From Gnetum montanum (taxonomy: Eukaryota > Plantae > Gnetophyta): a stretch of 64,000 bases of DNA. Under the pieces are notes generated by a model. The model was not told where the DNA came from and did no database searches. It was given only the letters and a program-made list of their open reading frames with translations. The translations under genes were made by a program, and so were the position numbers. Positions 37,761 through 51,405 of this stretch are shown here, piece after piece. How positions within the stretch are numbered: position 1 is the first letter of the stretch; each line of letters starts with the position of its first letter. Location of the stretch: positions 236,381 through 300,380 of the forward strand of contig MNCI01000811.1 of assembly GCA_015680685.1 (NCBI GenBank), read 5' to 3'.

Positions 37761-39339
37761 CTTGATTACAATTAATTATCTATCAATAATCATTATCATT
37801 ATAGAAATACTAGCTAATCCTTTTGCAAATTAATCAAAAATCATGCAAGCACATTAATTTTGAAGGTAATCTCTATAATGTTTTTTGTCAAGATTCATCA
37901 TATTATTTATTTAATAAGACAAGATTAGGCAACTCACTTTTGAGCTTAAAAATCTCTACATCTTTTAGTTAATTAACTTAATTAAGAATTTGTCTTTCAT
38001 TTTGAACCATATTGGAGACTTCATAAAAAAAATTTAACTTGTATGTTGGATGATTCTATTAGTATATTTGTCCTTGTATTTTTGTGCATCTTGATGCTTT
38101 GGGTGTTATGATTTATTTTGGGTATACTTGTTAGCTTATTAGGTTTCTATATTTTTATTTTATTTTCATGTGTTTTAATTTTTATGCATTATTTAGTTAT
38201 GTATTTTTAGTTGGTATGCACTAACCTAGTGGATAAGTTTAGTAGGCTTTTCATGCAAGTTATGATATGGGCATGACAAGATTTTTGCATGAGCATGTAT
38301 TATTTTAATTAATTAATGGTATATGTGTTTTAGTTGAAGTGATTTGAGTATGGATTTTGGCTTTATGAGAGGTTACATGAGGTATAATAGTTTTTTTATA
38401 GATTTCTATATTTTGGTATTATTTTTAGAAATTTGAATAGTTTTTCTATGTTGATTTTTTCAATAGATTTCTTATTAAAAATCCTACATTCCATTCAACC
38501 AAGCACATTAACATCTATTTTCATGGATATAGAAGCATTGTTAGACTAAAGGCTTATGGTTATGTGTAGAGCTTTACTAATTGATGTGTGTGGTTATGTA
38601 AGAGCATTTCGATGTATTCATGTGTTTCTTGGAAATTATGCTTTATCTTATGGGTGAGTTATCTTGGAATTTTCTCTTGTTTGTTTTAGTTCATAGGTTT
38701 ATGCATTATTGGTGTGATTGGGTTTTGTTAACTTTTCTTTTAAATCTATATGTAATTGTAGTTGGGTTAAATCTTGGTTTGCACTTGTAGATTTACCTAA
38801 TTTTTTCTGAATAATTCACTTGGTCCTTTTTGCTATAATTTTATTAATTTTTACTAATTTAGGAAAAGAGGGTATTGTAAGGATTATCATATCAACTATT
38901 TTTGACTTTAGTATTATTTTTTTAATTTTTATCATTATGATCAAGGTCTCACTGATTTTGGATCAATAGGATATATCATGCAAATCATAGTGCAAACCAA
39001 TCATAAGCTTTGAGGACAATATTAGTGGATTGCCAAGAACACATGTATATATTTGCATTCAATAAATATAAAAGATGTTATACTACATATGATACATATG
39101 ATATAGTTATAACCTATGTTAACATGATAAGAGGTTGAGAAAATGTTTATAATTTTACATTTTATCGCTTTTTTGGATTTTATAATTATAAAAAACAAAT
39201 AAATGATAATAAACTCATACACATTGTAATCCAACCTAGAGACATATGCAATACTTGTGTTGCAATCCATCAAGTAACAGGTGAAATACCACACACACAC
39301 ATACATCTAAATGTAAATAAAATGGCTCTTAGTCATAAC

Positions 39340-40212
39340 CTTGATGGTTGAACACTATGTAATATAGTTGTGACCTCTTAGGCTAAGGTTGAATCATTGT
39401 AGCTTATAAAAATGAGGAATGAATAAATATTTTAATGGTTCTAATATTTTATGATGTTTTTGGTATTTTAATGTTTAAGTCATCAATAGTACAAAAATAA
39501 TTTAAAAACCATCAACTTTATTCACCATGCAAACACTAGACTCTACATTAACAAAACGATTTAAGGTTACATAAGCATGGTAGCACTTTGAAAAAGTGTA
39601 GTCATACTTGTAAAAGATATGGCTCAGAACACATATAAAATAGGGAAGAAATTACTTACCCAAGGGAGGAAGAGCTCTTCACACAAAATCAAATGCCAAA
39701 AATTCAAAGGAAAATGCTTGAAACAAAGTTCATTTCATATCAAGCTTGTCTCAAGTATTTATAGTTTTCATAGCATAACAACATGGGTTCGCTAGTACCT
39801 AGGCATCAATGGAGGTCCATTAGCATAGGTGAGACATACTAGATGGCATCTTAGGAGGCAAAGAAGCCAAGGCTTTCAAACTAGGGCCCCTACACCAGTG
39901 TAGGAGGATCCACTAGTATAGGGAAGCCAAGACATCCTTGTCATCATACTTTATCTTCATTCTCACAAATGAAAGTTGAGATTCCAAAGAACATGTTGGA
40001 TCCTTCTAAGGATCTTGAAATGAAGCTATAAACTTCTTGAGAAGCCTAAAATATGCTTCAAACCTACAAGTACAAACTAGAAGGAAAGGATGCAAATGTA
40101 GAAGATAAAGACCGCAACCATACATGTGAAAACAAGAAATAGTTGGTGCATGAGATACATTCCAAATTCAAGGCTTATATTTGACTTACAAAATTCCACT
40201 AGATGACTCTCA
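39340..40212 (-). mobile_element. 3' LTR of Athila-like element D (left boundary approximate)
   Basis: Plus strand ..CTCTCA followed by TACCCCCATGA (40213-40223), the reverse complement of the same PPT as element B. Minus-strand CTATAAATAC at ~39756-39765; repeated CCA(C/T)TAG(C/T)ATAGG-type motifs at 39790-39925. Confidence 0.65.
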
Positions 40213-40379
40213 TACCCCCATGATTACATAAATCTATTCATATAGCTTAAATCCTAAAATACAATACTGGAAGTAAACATGTTATATGATTAATACATAG
40301 GATTACAACAAGCAAATGTATAGATCATGACTATATTATAATAAAGTACAAGCCACCTCATCCAGAAACACTAGGAGGT

Positions 40380-43053
40380 GATGTCTAAGAGAAAAATCCA
40401 CCTAACATGTCTACTTAGTATGAAAAGAAGCTAGAGGAGTTATGTGTAGACATATGAAATCTCTAAATTTGTGCTTTGAAGTCCATCACTCTTGCTTGGA
40501 GCTATTAGTTTTGCTCATTTATTAGTTCTTACTCTTGTAGGAGTGCTTGCTATCATTTCTTAATATTAGTCTAGAACTATTCATGACTACTTTTCACCCA
40601 TAAGATCTTGCATTAGGGTACATATAGTTTGATTGGTACCCAATGCAAGCTCTTATAGGTGAAAAGGATTCAAGAGCATCCTCCTTTTCTCTACCTACAC
40701 ATCCTCTTTAGCTTTCATGAGTATTCTCTCAAGGATAGCAATATCTTCTTCATGGTAGAGGATGTACATGTTTTCCAAGAGGTCAATTTTCTCTTGTAGT
40801 CTTGATTCACTTGTGATTATTTTTTAGAGTTTGACATGTAAGGTATTGAATTTCTCCTTCATCTTACACCTCTCTATAATTACTTATTTATTTAGTAGAG
40901 TTATAAATTTTTTTAATCTACATACCTTGATGTTCCAAATTACTTTCTTGATTAAATGGATTTCTCTAACCTCATTAGTTTCCCTAGTAGTCTTATTTTC
41001 CAACTCCTACTATAAGTTCTAGCACTTCTTCCCTGTGTAAAAATACTTTTTCTAAAATGAAGCCATGATTTAACTTTTATCTCCTAACATTTGCATCTAT
41101 TGAGAAAGAAAAGGTACTTATTTTTTCTTCTTTTAGCTCATTATTTTCCATTCATGGGATTGATGCTTCAACATTTTCATTTGGTACTCCAAGTCATCTT
41201 TCATAAACATAGCTTCCTCACCAACCTATAATGCCTAGAATAGTTCAACCTATAGGTGCTTAATCTACACCTATAAAGTAATTGTGGTAGGTTTAGGTAC
41301 AAATGGTATGAGATGTTCTAATTATTCATGTAACCATCATACCTTGGCTCAGCTTCTCCACAACTCTTATAGATAGAATGTCCTATTAGCATTGATGGTT
41401 TTTAACTTTGTTTGTACCTTAACAAGTTTAGTCTCTACTATACTATCAATGTTTCTTAAGAACAACTTAATACCAAGATCAACTCTTTGATTCTCCTCTA
41501 CCTAGTGGCTAGTCCTACATTAATTAATGGTTACCTAAAGGACTTTAACCAAATGCTAGATATTATGCATGTTGTTCCTTGATCGATGTGAAGATAAAAT
41601 AATCCATGAAGACACATGAGTGTGAGATTGAAAAAGAGCATAAAAATAAATCATGAGTGGATCATCTAGTAACAAATAAGGAAATATAAAGAAGTCCTCA
41701 CTTATCACCTCATCACTCATAATGACTTGCATCATTTGTAGAAAATTATTCCCAATATCTTGTGACCCTTTAAGATGGATTATGGTAGCCTATTCCTCAC
41801 CGTGGGTGACCATTACAAGCCAAGAATCACCACCAAGAAGAGGTTCCTAGCTTTTCTTAACATAGAAGTGAAGAGGTTGGGAAACATATCTGTTAGGCCA
41901 TTGCACTTACATTTGTTAAGATGCTTGAGGTAAGATTAATGATATCAATTGATGTTCACAGAGCTTGTTTGAAGGTCAGATATGAGATACCTCTATGAAA
42001 GGCATCTCATCCTTTAAGTTCGATATAGATTTAATGATCTTAAGACATCGCCTTAGAGTAACCACCATCATGTTCATCTAGTTCACCATTCCTGTTATTA
42101 TGGGATGTCTTTCCATATGGTTGACCATGCTTACCTATTTGTAGAGTTTTTAGATTAAACTTGGAAGGCATAGACGTTCCTCTTATCTTTGACCATGTCT
42201 TCAATTTTTTGGATCAAACCCTAGTAGAGAAACTATGAAAAAGTGATGACACATTTCTCCCTCATCATAGCTATAACCTTAGCCTACTCAGCAAAGATAC
42301 CCGATGGTCATATGGTAAGAATAATATTAGGATGATGATTTTGCACATATCATTTTGGACTAGGGAAAGTTTTGAAATCTTTACCTCATCTTTATTCATG
42401 TCAAAGGCCTCTAGCATGATCCTTAACATGAGCTTGGGCTTTGTCTTTTAGATTCATGACCATCAATTATTCGTTAGTTCATTTGAAAATCATGTAGCCA
42501 ATGTGATTATCCATGTGAAAATAGCCATAGAAACTCCATGAACAAAGGTCATGGCATCATTGACACTAAGGTTTTAATAGAATTTTTCCATCTCATAATA
42601 GTACCATGTTAAGGATTAGGTGATGTAGTTGTAGATGCCTATTCACTACAAAGATTCCTTGAGCTCAAGAGAACCAAGCTCAAGAAACTAATGATAGTTT
42701 TTCTCTTCATGGATGTTGGTAGACATCATGATCATCCCCACCTTTTTCAATATTATCTACATCCTCTTCATTATTTTTTTTCAACTCCTCTAACACTTTT
42801 TTGGTCACCTGTTGCTATGTATGTGATCAACTTGAGGATTAACTAATCTATTTTTGAATGGGGGCCTTTCTAGAGCAAGACCTATAGGGTCTAGGACATG
42901 GCCTACTAGCTCTATATTAGGAGATCTAAGTTCTTCTTGTTCTTCCTGATCAAGAATTGATGATTATCACAAAGGTCCATAGATAGAGTCATGAGATTAC
43001 TTAACCTCATCTCTCCTTGGTCAATGTAGCTTAGATTATAATTGTCTCAACAT
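40380..43053 (-). pseudogene. Element D accessory (Athila env-like/extra) ORF with coiled-coil C-terminus
   Basis: ATG 43053; LELKESL..IGIYNYIT.SLTWYYYEMEKFY.NLSVNDAMTFVHGVSMAIF (EFYxNL-type Athila ORF motif, ~42520-42670); ESRLQEKIDLLENMYILYHEEDIAILERILMKAKED (~40700-40810). Confidence 0.65.
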
Positions 43054-43479
43054 GATTAGCTATGAAATCTACAAAAATTCAAGTGAGTTTTCCCTAGGCA
43101 TCATACTACCATTATAAAAATTACACAAAAAAATATTAATAAATACAATCCTTGGAAAATACTTGAAAAATCATTATAAATATTAAAGTATGGCTTTAAT
43201 GTACAAGTATGAATGAAATAAAAATATGTAAATAACTATCATATAACTTAAATGCATACCTGAAGTGGTGTCTCTTTACTAAGACTAAGTTACAAGATAC
43301 CAAGTTGAACCATAACTAGAACAACATGGATAGGAAGATCCAATAAGAATGTATGCAAAAATATTACCAATTCACTTACAAGGAGAAAAATCTATTAGGG
43401 TTTCACTTGTTTGTGCTAATTAGAACAAGGGAAAATGGAAAAATATAAATGAGAAATTATGGAATATTGTTTGGACCCC

Positions 43480-43575
43480 ATCCACTATATATAGGGTCAT
43501 CAACATTGGGGGGATGCATTGGCATAGTAGTAGAAATGTCCCTGTGCTGATGCATGGGTGCATTAGCATAATATT
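43480..43575 (-). promoter_or_regulatory. Putative internal promoter of element D
   Basis: TATATATA at 43486-43493 with GCATTGGCATAG / GCATTAGCATA motifs just upstream on the minus strand, resembling the CCATTAGCATAGG motifs of the D LTR. Confidence 0.5.
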
Positions 43576-44559
43576 TTCACAAGGGAAAACTATCTAGCTT
43601 TTCCCATTCTACCTTCCAATTACTACCATCAATTGCTGAAGCATCATTCAAAGCCTGTATCATGCAAGAATCATCCAAAATTTATCATACAAGATATATG
43701 AGGTAAAATAAGAAGAGCATTATAGAATTACCTTGAAAGACATCATGAATCATGGGAAAGAAGTTTATTAATTAATTTATGCAATCCCATGAATCCCAAG
43801 GCTAAAAAGAGTGGTTAAAATAACATGAGAATGATTATAGCATAAAAAATAATGAAGAACAGGCATAATTAAGGTGGATTAATAGAGTGTATCATGGTCA
43901 AATCTTGAAGCATGAAGAGTCAAAACCTACATAAGAGGAAGACTAATCAAGTATCATATGTAATGTCACCCTTAGCATCTATGAGAGATAAGCTTTTCTT
44001 ATTCATATATAATGCCAATCCACTAAGGGTTCACAAGTGAGTCCTTCTCAAAGTAGCTACTTATCTTCATTTCTCTTATGAAATGTATTGATGAGACACT
44101 TATGGATTCATAATAACCAGTGAGACACTACTAGCATCAAATATGAGTCCATATCATTGGATGTCCAAAACTCATCCTTCACTTCACTTGATTAACCTAC
44201 TAATATATGCATCCATGGAAAAGAATGAAATAGAAGAGATAAAGAGTTAATAATGAATGAGAGAGAGAAAGGAAGAGAGTGCAACATCACCAAGTTCCCA
44301 TCTAATCATTCAATTAGCTCATGGATTATGTGAGCATGTCCTACACCCCATGAGAGATTCACTATCACATCCTTTTATCATTACTGATCCACATAATAGA
44401 AATCAACCTCCAAGTTTCCCTTCCAAATGCAAGGTCATACCAATCACATACAATGTCATCTAGCCTTGATTTTTTTGTAGTATAACCATTTTTGTAAACC
44501 AAAATAAGGTAAGATGCCACCAAACATCCAAAAGTTAGGATTCTAGTTTGTTTTTTCTC

Positions 44560-47349
44560 CATCCATACATGTATACATGATAGGCTTCCTAAAATTTGTT
44601 TTACCGAAAACCTTTGATTGATTTCTATGGCTACACTAATGATCCCACATCCCTACAAAACATATGATATCATGATCATCAAGAAAAAAAATTTTGAAGT
44701 TCTTATTTGATGATGGCTTGGGTAAAGGATAAATATTTTTAGCTTAGAAAAGATATGATTACAAACTTATATGGAAAAACATTAATGAAGAAAGAACCTT
44801 TTGAGCAATGAATTAAGCATTAAGTATGCTCATAGGCGAAAGTTGTTCATTATGATACACTAGGTATTTCCCAGTGAGTGCTTCATTTGGCTAATTTAAA
44901 TGACCTATGACCATGGTGGAAAAATGCTAGGAAGGTTCATAGGATATTTTCTTATTGTTCATTTTTCTTGGCTCATATCTTCTACTAATCTTGAGGTGGA
45001 GGTCTTACAAAACTGACCTAGCATTTGTAATGCTTAAAAGGGGTATAAAATTGGATATTTCCATGATGTTGTAAAGTATGATGTTCTTCCAATAGATTGT
45101 TCTAATATAATTTTTAGTAGATATTGGAATTCTAACAATGATACTCAATTTGATGGAGCAAGAAATGTATGGATTGTGGCTAGATTTGATGGAATTCATG
45201 AGTTGATTCCCATGAGAGATAAATAAGTAAGGTAGCAAAGGTCATTTAATGCATCTTTAATCCCTCTAGAAGAGAGAGAATATATTAAGAAACATGATGA
45301 AACTAGTTTTGGTTTTGTTATTGTAATAATAACTGCTGCTATCAATGATGATGTGTATGTTAAAATTCCTACAAGTATGCTAGGCTTAAAGAAGAAATTT
45401 TTCAAGGTGTTCAACAAAGAATTAAATGAACTACCACCAATGAGGAATGTATAGCGTCAGATTTATTTTATTCCTGGTGCTACCATTCTAAATAAGAGGG
45501 GTTACCAAATGACACGAAATTAGCATGCTAAATTAAAAAGGTAAGTAGAGAAGTTATTTACACATGGTTTCATGAGGAAATCTATTTCACCTTATGCAAT
45601 TTCAGCAATGCAAATGCCAAATAAGGATAGTGATGAATGAAGTATATGCATTATTTCTTGGGTAGTGAATAGGATAATAGTAAGGTACATGTTTCCTATT
45701 CCAAGAATGGATGATATCCTTGATGTCCTTAAAAACACTGAAATTTTTAGCAAAATTGATTTGAAGAGTGTATACCATCAAACCATCATCGAGCCTACTG
45801 ATGAATGGAAGTTATCATATAAATTTTTTGAGTCGTTGGTAATGCCTTTTGGACTCACGAATGCACCTACTACATTCATGAGTTTGATGCATGATGTATC
45901 AAAGGACTTGATTGGTAGGTATTGTGTTATCTTTTTTTGATGATATTTTGATATATAACTCTAATGAGGAAGACATTTTGGATCACTTTTGGATGATGTG
46001 TCTTAAATTGGAGGACGCATAGTTGGTAATCCTTATCAAGAAAATTCATTTCTTCAAGAGGAAAATCTCATATTTGGGACATATGATTTCTAGAAACCAT
46101 ATTCTAATGGAAGCTACAAAGGTGAAGGCTATTAGAGATTGGCCAACTCCTAAGAATGTTGATAAGGTAAGATCATTACTTCATTTAGCAAGTTTTATAG
46201 ATAATTTATCAAAAATTTTAGTCTTATTTCTTGGCCCATATTTTATTTTTTGAAGAAAAATAAAAAATCAAGTGGGATAATGAAACCCAAGGGAGCTTCA
46301 ACTTGTTGAAAGCAAAGATTACCAATGAACAAGTGCTTGTAATTCTACATTTTTAGAAACTTTCTTAGGTGAAGATTGAAGCAAGTGGACTTACCATTGG
46401 TGGGGTATTTTCATAAGAAGGTAGGCTTATTTCTTTTTCTTTTTTTTTTAGCAAAGTTGAATGAATCAAGAACAAAATATAGCATATATGAAAAGGATTT
46501 GTATGTTATTATTTAAGCAATCAAGCATTAGAGGCATTACTTGTTATCCAAGCAATTCACTTTGATGGCAATCCACAAAGCACTATAATTTCTAAATCCT
46601 TAAAAGAATTTGAGTGTAAAGAACATGAAGTGGATTGCACAATTATAATAATTTAATTTTGTATTAAAACATAAAATTGGAAAAGCCAATGTAATGGCTA
46701 ATGCATTGTACATAATGCATGTGGTTTGAAGGAGCCTCAAAGAGTCATTATTGAATAGGATAGACCAATGGAGGGACTATCATATTCAAGATGAATTATT
46801 ATTTAAGAATGGAAAGGTATGCATTCCTAATTGTAATTTTAGGAAATATATTTTTTTTAAAAGCATTATATCAACATGGAAAATCATATGGGCAGGGTCA
46901 AAACATTAGAACATATGGGTAGGCACTATTTTTGGTCTCATATGATAGCTAAAGTTTCAAAACTTGTTAAGGAATTTTTGACTTGTCAAAATTTCAAAGG
47001 AGGTAAAGAAGTGGATGGACATTATATGCCTTTGTCAATTCCCAAGGACTCATGGAAAAGTATGTATATGAATTTTATGAGTGATATTTGAAAAACCAAA
47101 AGTGAGAATGATGCAATGTTTATTATTGTGCAGAGGTTCTCCAAGATGGCATACTTCATTTCATGCAAGAAGGTGAGTGATGCTTCTCATCTTATAAATT
47201 TATTTTTCTAACATGTTGTGAACTTACATGAGATTTCTTTGAATATTTTTAGTGACAAAGACTCCAAATTCACAAGTTACTTTTGGAGGTTCCCTTAAAA
47301 AAATTTAGGAACAAAATTAAATTTTTCTAGTGCATATTATTATTAGACT
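44560..47349 (+). pseudogene. pol: CRM-like chromovirus pol (protease region, RT, RNase H, N-terminal integrase)
   Basis: ELPPMRNV..IYFIPGA; ORF 45665..45940 FPIPRMDDILDVL..FSKIDLKSVYHQ..MPFGLTNAPTTFM; FDDIL; VKAIRDWPTPKNV; EASGLTIGGV; ORF 46876..47091 HMGRVKT..YFW..TCQ; SDKDSKF..GTKLNFSSAYYY*T (SAYHPQT). Confidence 0.9.
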
Positions 47350-47417
47350 TTTACTCTACCTTCTTGCAATATATAATTATGGAAGTTAATCAAACAAATA
47401 ATTGTAGGTTACATGGG

Positions 47418-48279
47418 TGTTAGCTTGACAAAATTATGGTGAAGAACACCTAACATTTAATTCACTCTTAAACATGAAAGAAATAACTATCTTATTATTC
47501 AATATTTAATACAAATAACATCATTCAAAATAATTCAATTCATTCTTAATCTCTATATCTTTAGAAACTCTCTATCTATCTCTCTTATCCTCCTTTTCTA
47601 CTCTTTTATTGATTTCTTTATAGTTCTACTTCAATTCACTGCTAAAATAGCTTTAGTTGATGACTCAAATAATGTCTGGCTAATGGTTGTGACCTAGGTG
47701 TGGCTTGCAATTGGGTTTTAGCTTACAGCCCAATGAAGAATCCTGAAGTCAATTAATCACTATGAGTGACTATGACCAGTAGTTTCAGTCAACCATTTCT
47801 AATGATCAAGTAATCAAATCCCAATGGCTGAGTGACCAATTAGGCTAAGAGATCCATCATGGCTATAGTAGAGGTACAAGTCATGGGAACTTGCACTAAT
47901 GTATTCTAGTTTTCTATTGAAGAATAAATTGAAACTAGCTGTGAGCCATAGCTGATAGAAATTCTATGCTACAAGCTAATGCAAGTCACATGAGCTTGCA
48001 GTACCTTGCCAATCTTGAATTCAACTTCCTATGCTACCTCCATCTTCATTCAAAGATAAGTCCAATTGGTCCTCTCCCTTCTGTCCTTTGAAAATTGACT
48101 TTTGGTAATCATAAGATGGACATTATTTCTCTTGTAAATTCAAAATTTATTGAAGATCCCATTTTGGCTTATGACTCTAAACTACAGGCAACTGTGGATC
48201 ACATGAGCTCACAACTACCTATTCAAATTCAAACATTGAGAATACCAAGTAAAAAGGGACATCAATTCATGTCCTAACA
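47418..48279 (-). repeat. Putative 3' LTR of element F
   Basis: TGTTAG...CTAACA inverted termini, 862 bp; array of GCTGTGAGCCATAGC / GCAAGTCAC-type motifs at 47680-48005; degenerate PPT-like sequence adjacent at ~48281-48290. Confidence 0.5.
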
Positions 48280-48449
48280 TAGCCTCCAACTAGCTCTTTT
48301 CATCTTGATAAAAGAATGTGGAAGCATGTATGTGAATTAATGGAAATTATAATAAATAAATAAATAATATCATGAGATCAATGCATCTATATTATAATAT
48401 CTCATGAATATACAACCAAAGAGAGAAGGGAAAAGAAGAAGAGGAAAAC

Positions 48450-49849
48450 AAAATGCTCAAGATGAAAGAGATGAGCCTTCCCCCAAAGAGGGTATAGGAG
48501 CCTCTGCTAAAGGAGGAGGCTGAGAGCATCCTCACCTACTTCCTTACTCATAAAGTCCTCCTCTATCATCTCATCATCTACCTAGTCCATAGGGCTAGAT
48601 GGTCCAACCTGATCATCATCACTGATTAGGAAAACCATTGAAGAAAACATGGGATCCACCTATTTACCAACCTCTTAATGGTTGGCAATGTGATGCGTCT
48701 CCCTCATTTTGGAAAACATATGATGACCCAACATCTCCACATTGGAGGCTAGTCAATTCTGCCTCCTCTCCATCTGGTCACAACGGGCATGAAGACATAT
48801 CTCTATCGTATTACAATCTGAAATAAGACATTCCTGCAATGTGTCCAATCATGCCATGATTTGTGCTTTAGCTCCTACCAAATCCTAATAACTAACTATC
48901 ATGCCCTACTATTGTTGCTGCATGTTCACATAATGGACCTCCCAAGTAGCCCTAACCCCATCACCAAGGACACATGAATTAGAAATCCAATAGACCTCCT
49001 CATACCATGTTTAGATTAGCTGCTAGGTGTAAAGGTATATCCCATATTCAAGAACTAGTCTTTTCCCACACAATAATTTGCTTAATAGGTAATATAGATG
49101 GTCAAATATTGAAATTTTGATACAACAATGAGATCACTAATGGGAAAGGGACCTCACTACCTTCTCAAGCTACCAACTCCATCTTCAATGAAATAATAAA
49201 TGAGTAATTGAGGGTACAAGAATCCTACAAATCACTCATAACTTGCATCCCAAAGGAATGACATGCATGAAATAAGAGCTATCAAGAATGTTCATCATCA
49301 CTGTTCTCACAAGAACCCTCATTTCCAAAGAAGGATTCTTGTAGTTCCATCCTATCTTGTCCATTACCACATCAAGGAAGAGCTCAATCCACTAAGTCTT
49401 CCTTTCCAATGATGCTACTACAAAATGTTGCCTATTTGGTCCAACCTACATCTCAACGATCTCAACAACAAGGGCCTCATTGATGTTGTAGGACCTGGTA
49501 CAAATCTAAAAAGTCCATGACATATGTGAGGTTCTTTGAAATTTTAGCTAAAACTAATGAGCCTCCTACTTGTAGAACGCCTCACCTTCCATCAACACGA
49601 ATTCAAGGTTATGCATCGTCAAATAAGTAGCAACTAGTGAGTCCACTACCTTCATAAGGGGCTTGAAGTTCCTAGGTGCTCTCAATGACATTGTAGGGAA
49701 CTTTGCCTCCTAGCGCTCTTACTCTAGATGCTTCATGTAGTCCCTATGATCATGTTCCTAGTACTTCTCCAAAGCACATCTCCATGCTATTGAATTCATA
49801 GCTACTAAAGATTATTCTTGCATATGTCCCCTCTTGCGCTAGGACACAT
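48450..49849 (-). pseudogene. Element F accessory (Athila env-like/extra) ORF, shorter form with acidic tail
   Basis: ..RKRGHMQE..; VDSLVATYLTMHNLEFVLMEGEAFY; TRSYNINEALVVEIV; VPFPLVISLL; acidic tail DDDQVGPSSPMD.VDDEMIEED. Confidence 0.6.
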
Positions 49850-51014
49850 AAGAAATTCCTTACTACAACTAAACATCAATACACATAGAATAATAACATA
49901 AAGAATAAATTAGAAAAAGGAATAATATGATACATAATGCAATATATAAAGTACCATAAAGTAGAATAATATTAAAATTACAGAAAACATGATGTAAATG
50001 AATTGTACAAAGTACATAATTAAAAAAAATTATAAAAATTTGCATAAACTATTTTAAGAATCATAACAACATTGGTGCCCCTAACAAAGTCTACATTGTT
50101 CGTAATGTACATAACTAGTCCAATGGTGAAAGATAAAAAATTCAAAGAAAAATTAAATATGAAAATTACCAAAAACATCAATGATGAGTCCTTTGATAAT
50201 TAATAGTAGATTGACTACTATAGTATGAATATGATGCACAAAAGAATGCAAAAGTTTATTCCATTAACATCCCAATTTGACAAATGATACTCTATAATAT
50301 GCAACACTATTAATTTTTTTTATTTGGAAAAATTAAGTTCCTACTCTCAAGACAGCTCTAGCTTAGAAAGAGCCCAAAAATAAGCTTATCAATGAATTAC
50401 TTACAAAAATGTGATTCAAGATGGCTAAAATAAGAAAAACATGATACCCATACTATAATAGAATAAAATTTGAAATTTTCATGTTCTCATATAAACATAT
50501 CCTAGGGTCATTTTCCTCATGAAGATATTCTTTGGCTTAGCATCCCCTCTAAAACATAATATGTAAAAATACAAGAAAGAAAATTCTCCAACTACAAAAA
50601 GTATGAAAGGAAAAAGAATTCCTATCTTAATTTAGAGTTTAAACCATAAAATAAAAATAAGAAAATGCTTGGAAAAATTGAATTAAAGGTACCATAATAC
50701 TAGATAAGACACCAAAAGATCAAATTTCATCATTAAGATGTTCAATCTCTTCCAATAAAAATGTTAATGATCTAGAGTTTCTTGCAATAGCATGCAACAG
50801 GAAATCTAGCATAAAAATATATCAAAAACAAAATATTTAAGGCCTACCTTAGGAATGTTGTGGAAGTAAGGAAACTTTAAGATAAAAGATAGTAGCTACA
50901 TACATAATTAAAGCTTGATGTAGCACTTGGGTGTGTCCTACCATACTCTGTGAGGAAGAATGAATATTTACTCTGGTTGATGTGCTTTTATCTTTTTTTC
51001 ATTTTTAAATTGGA

Positions 51015-51405
51015 TTATGGCTAACTGTGAGCCACAACCTACTGCAACACAATAATGAAAAATTTTAATAAATTTTAGAGTTGTGACCAATTACAAGTTA
51101 CATCTTGTCACATCTACCAACATTGTTTTAAAATCTAAGAAATGGAACATAATAGTGTAGTGAATTACAAGTCACAAGCATCTACACTATTCTAAAAAAT
51201 GAAAACAAAAAATATCTTAAGTGTGGTAGATTATGGCCCCACATTGAGTCATAGTGATAAATTGACTAGGAACTAGAAATTGAGATGCGAGAGAGATGCA
51301 AGTCACACTCCATCACAAGTACTAAACTTAGCCAAATGAACTCCAAGGCAATTGTAGCTCGCAGTCGAGGTCATAGTTAGAATTTGAGAGACCACAAGTT
51401 ACACC
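51015..51405 (-). promoter_or_regulatory. Internal array of element F LTR-type motifs upstream of the accessory ORF
   Basis: ACTGTGAGCCACAACC, TTACAAGTCACAAGC, TGCAAGTCACAC, TGTAGCTCGCAGTCG match the motifs at 47680-48005 (inferred ancestral GCTGCGAGYCGCAGC-like). Confidence 0.55.
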
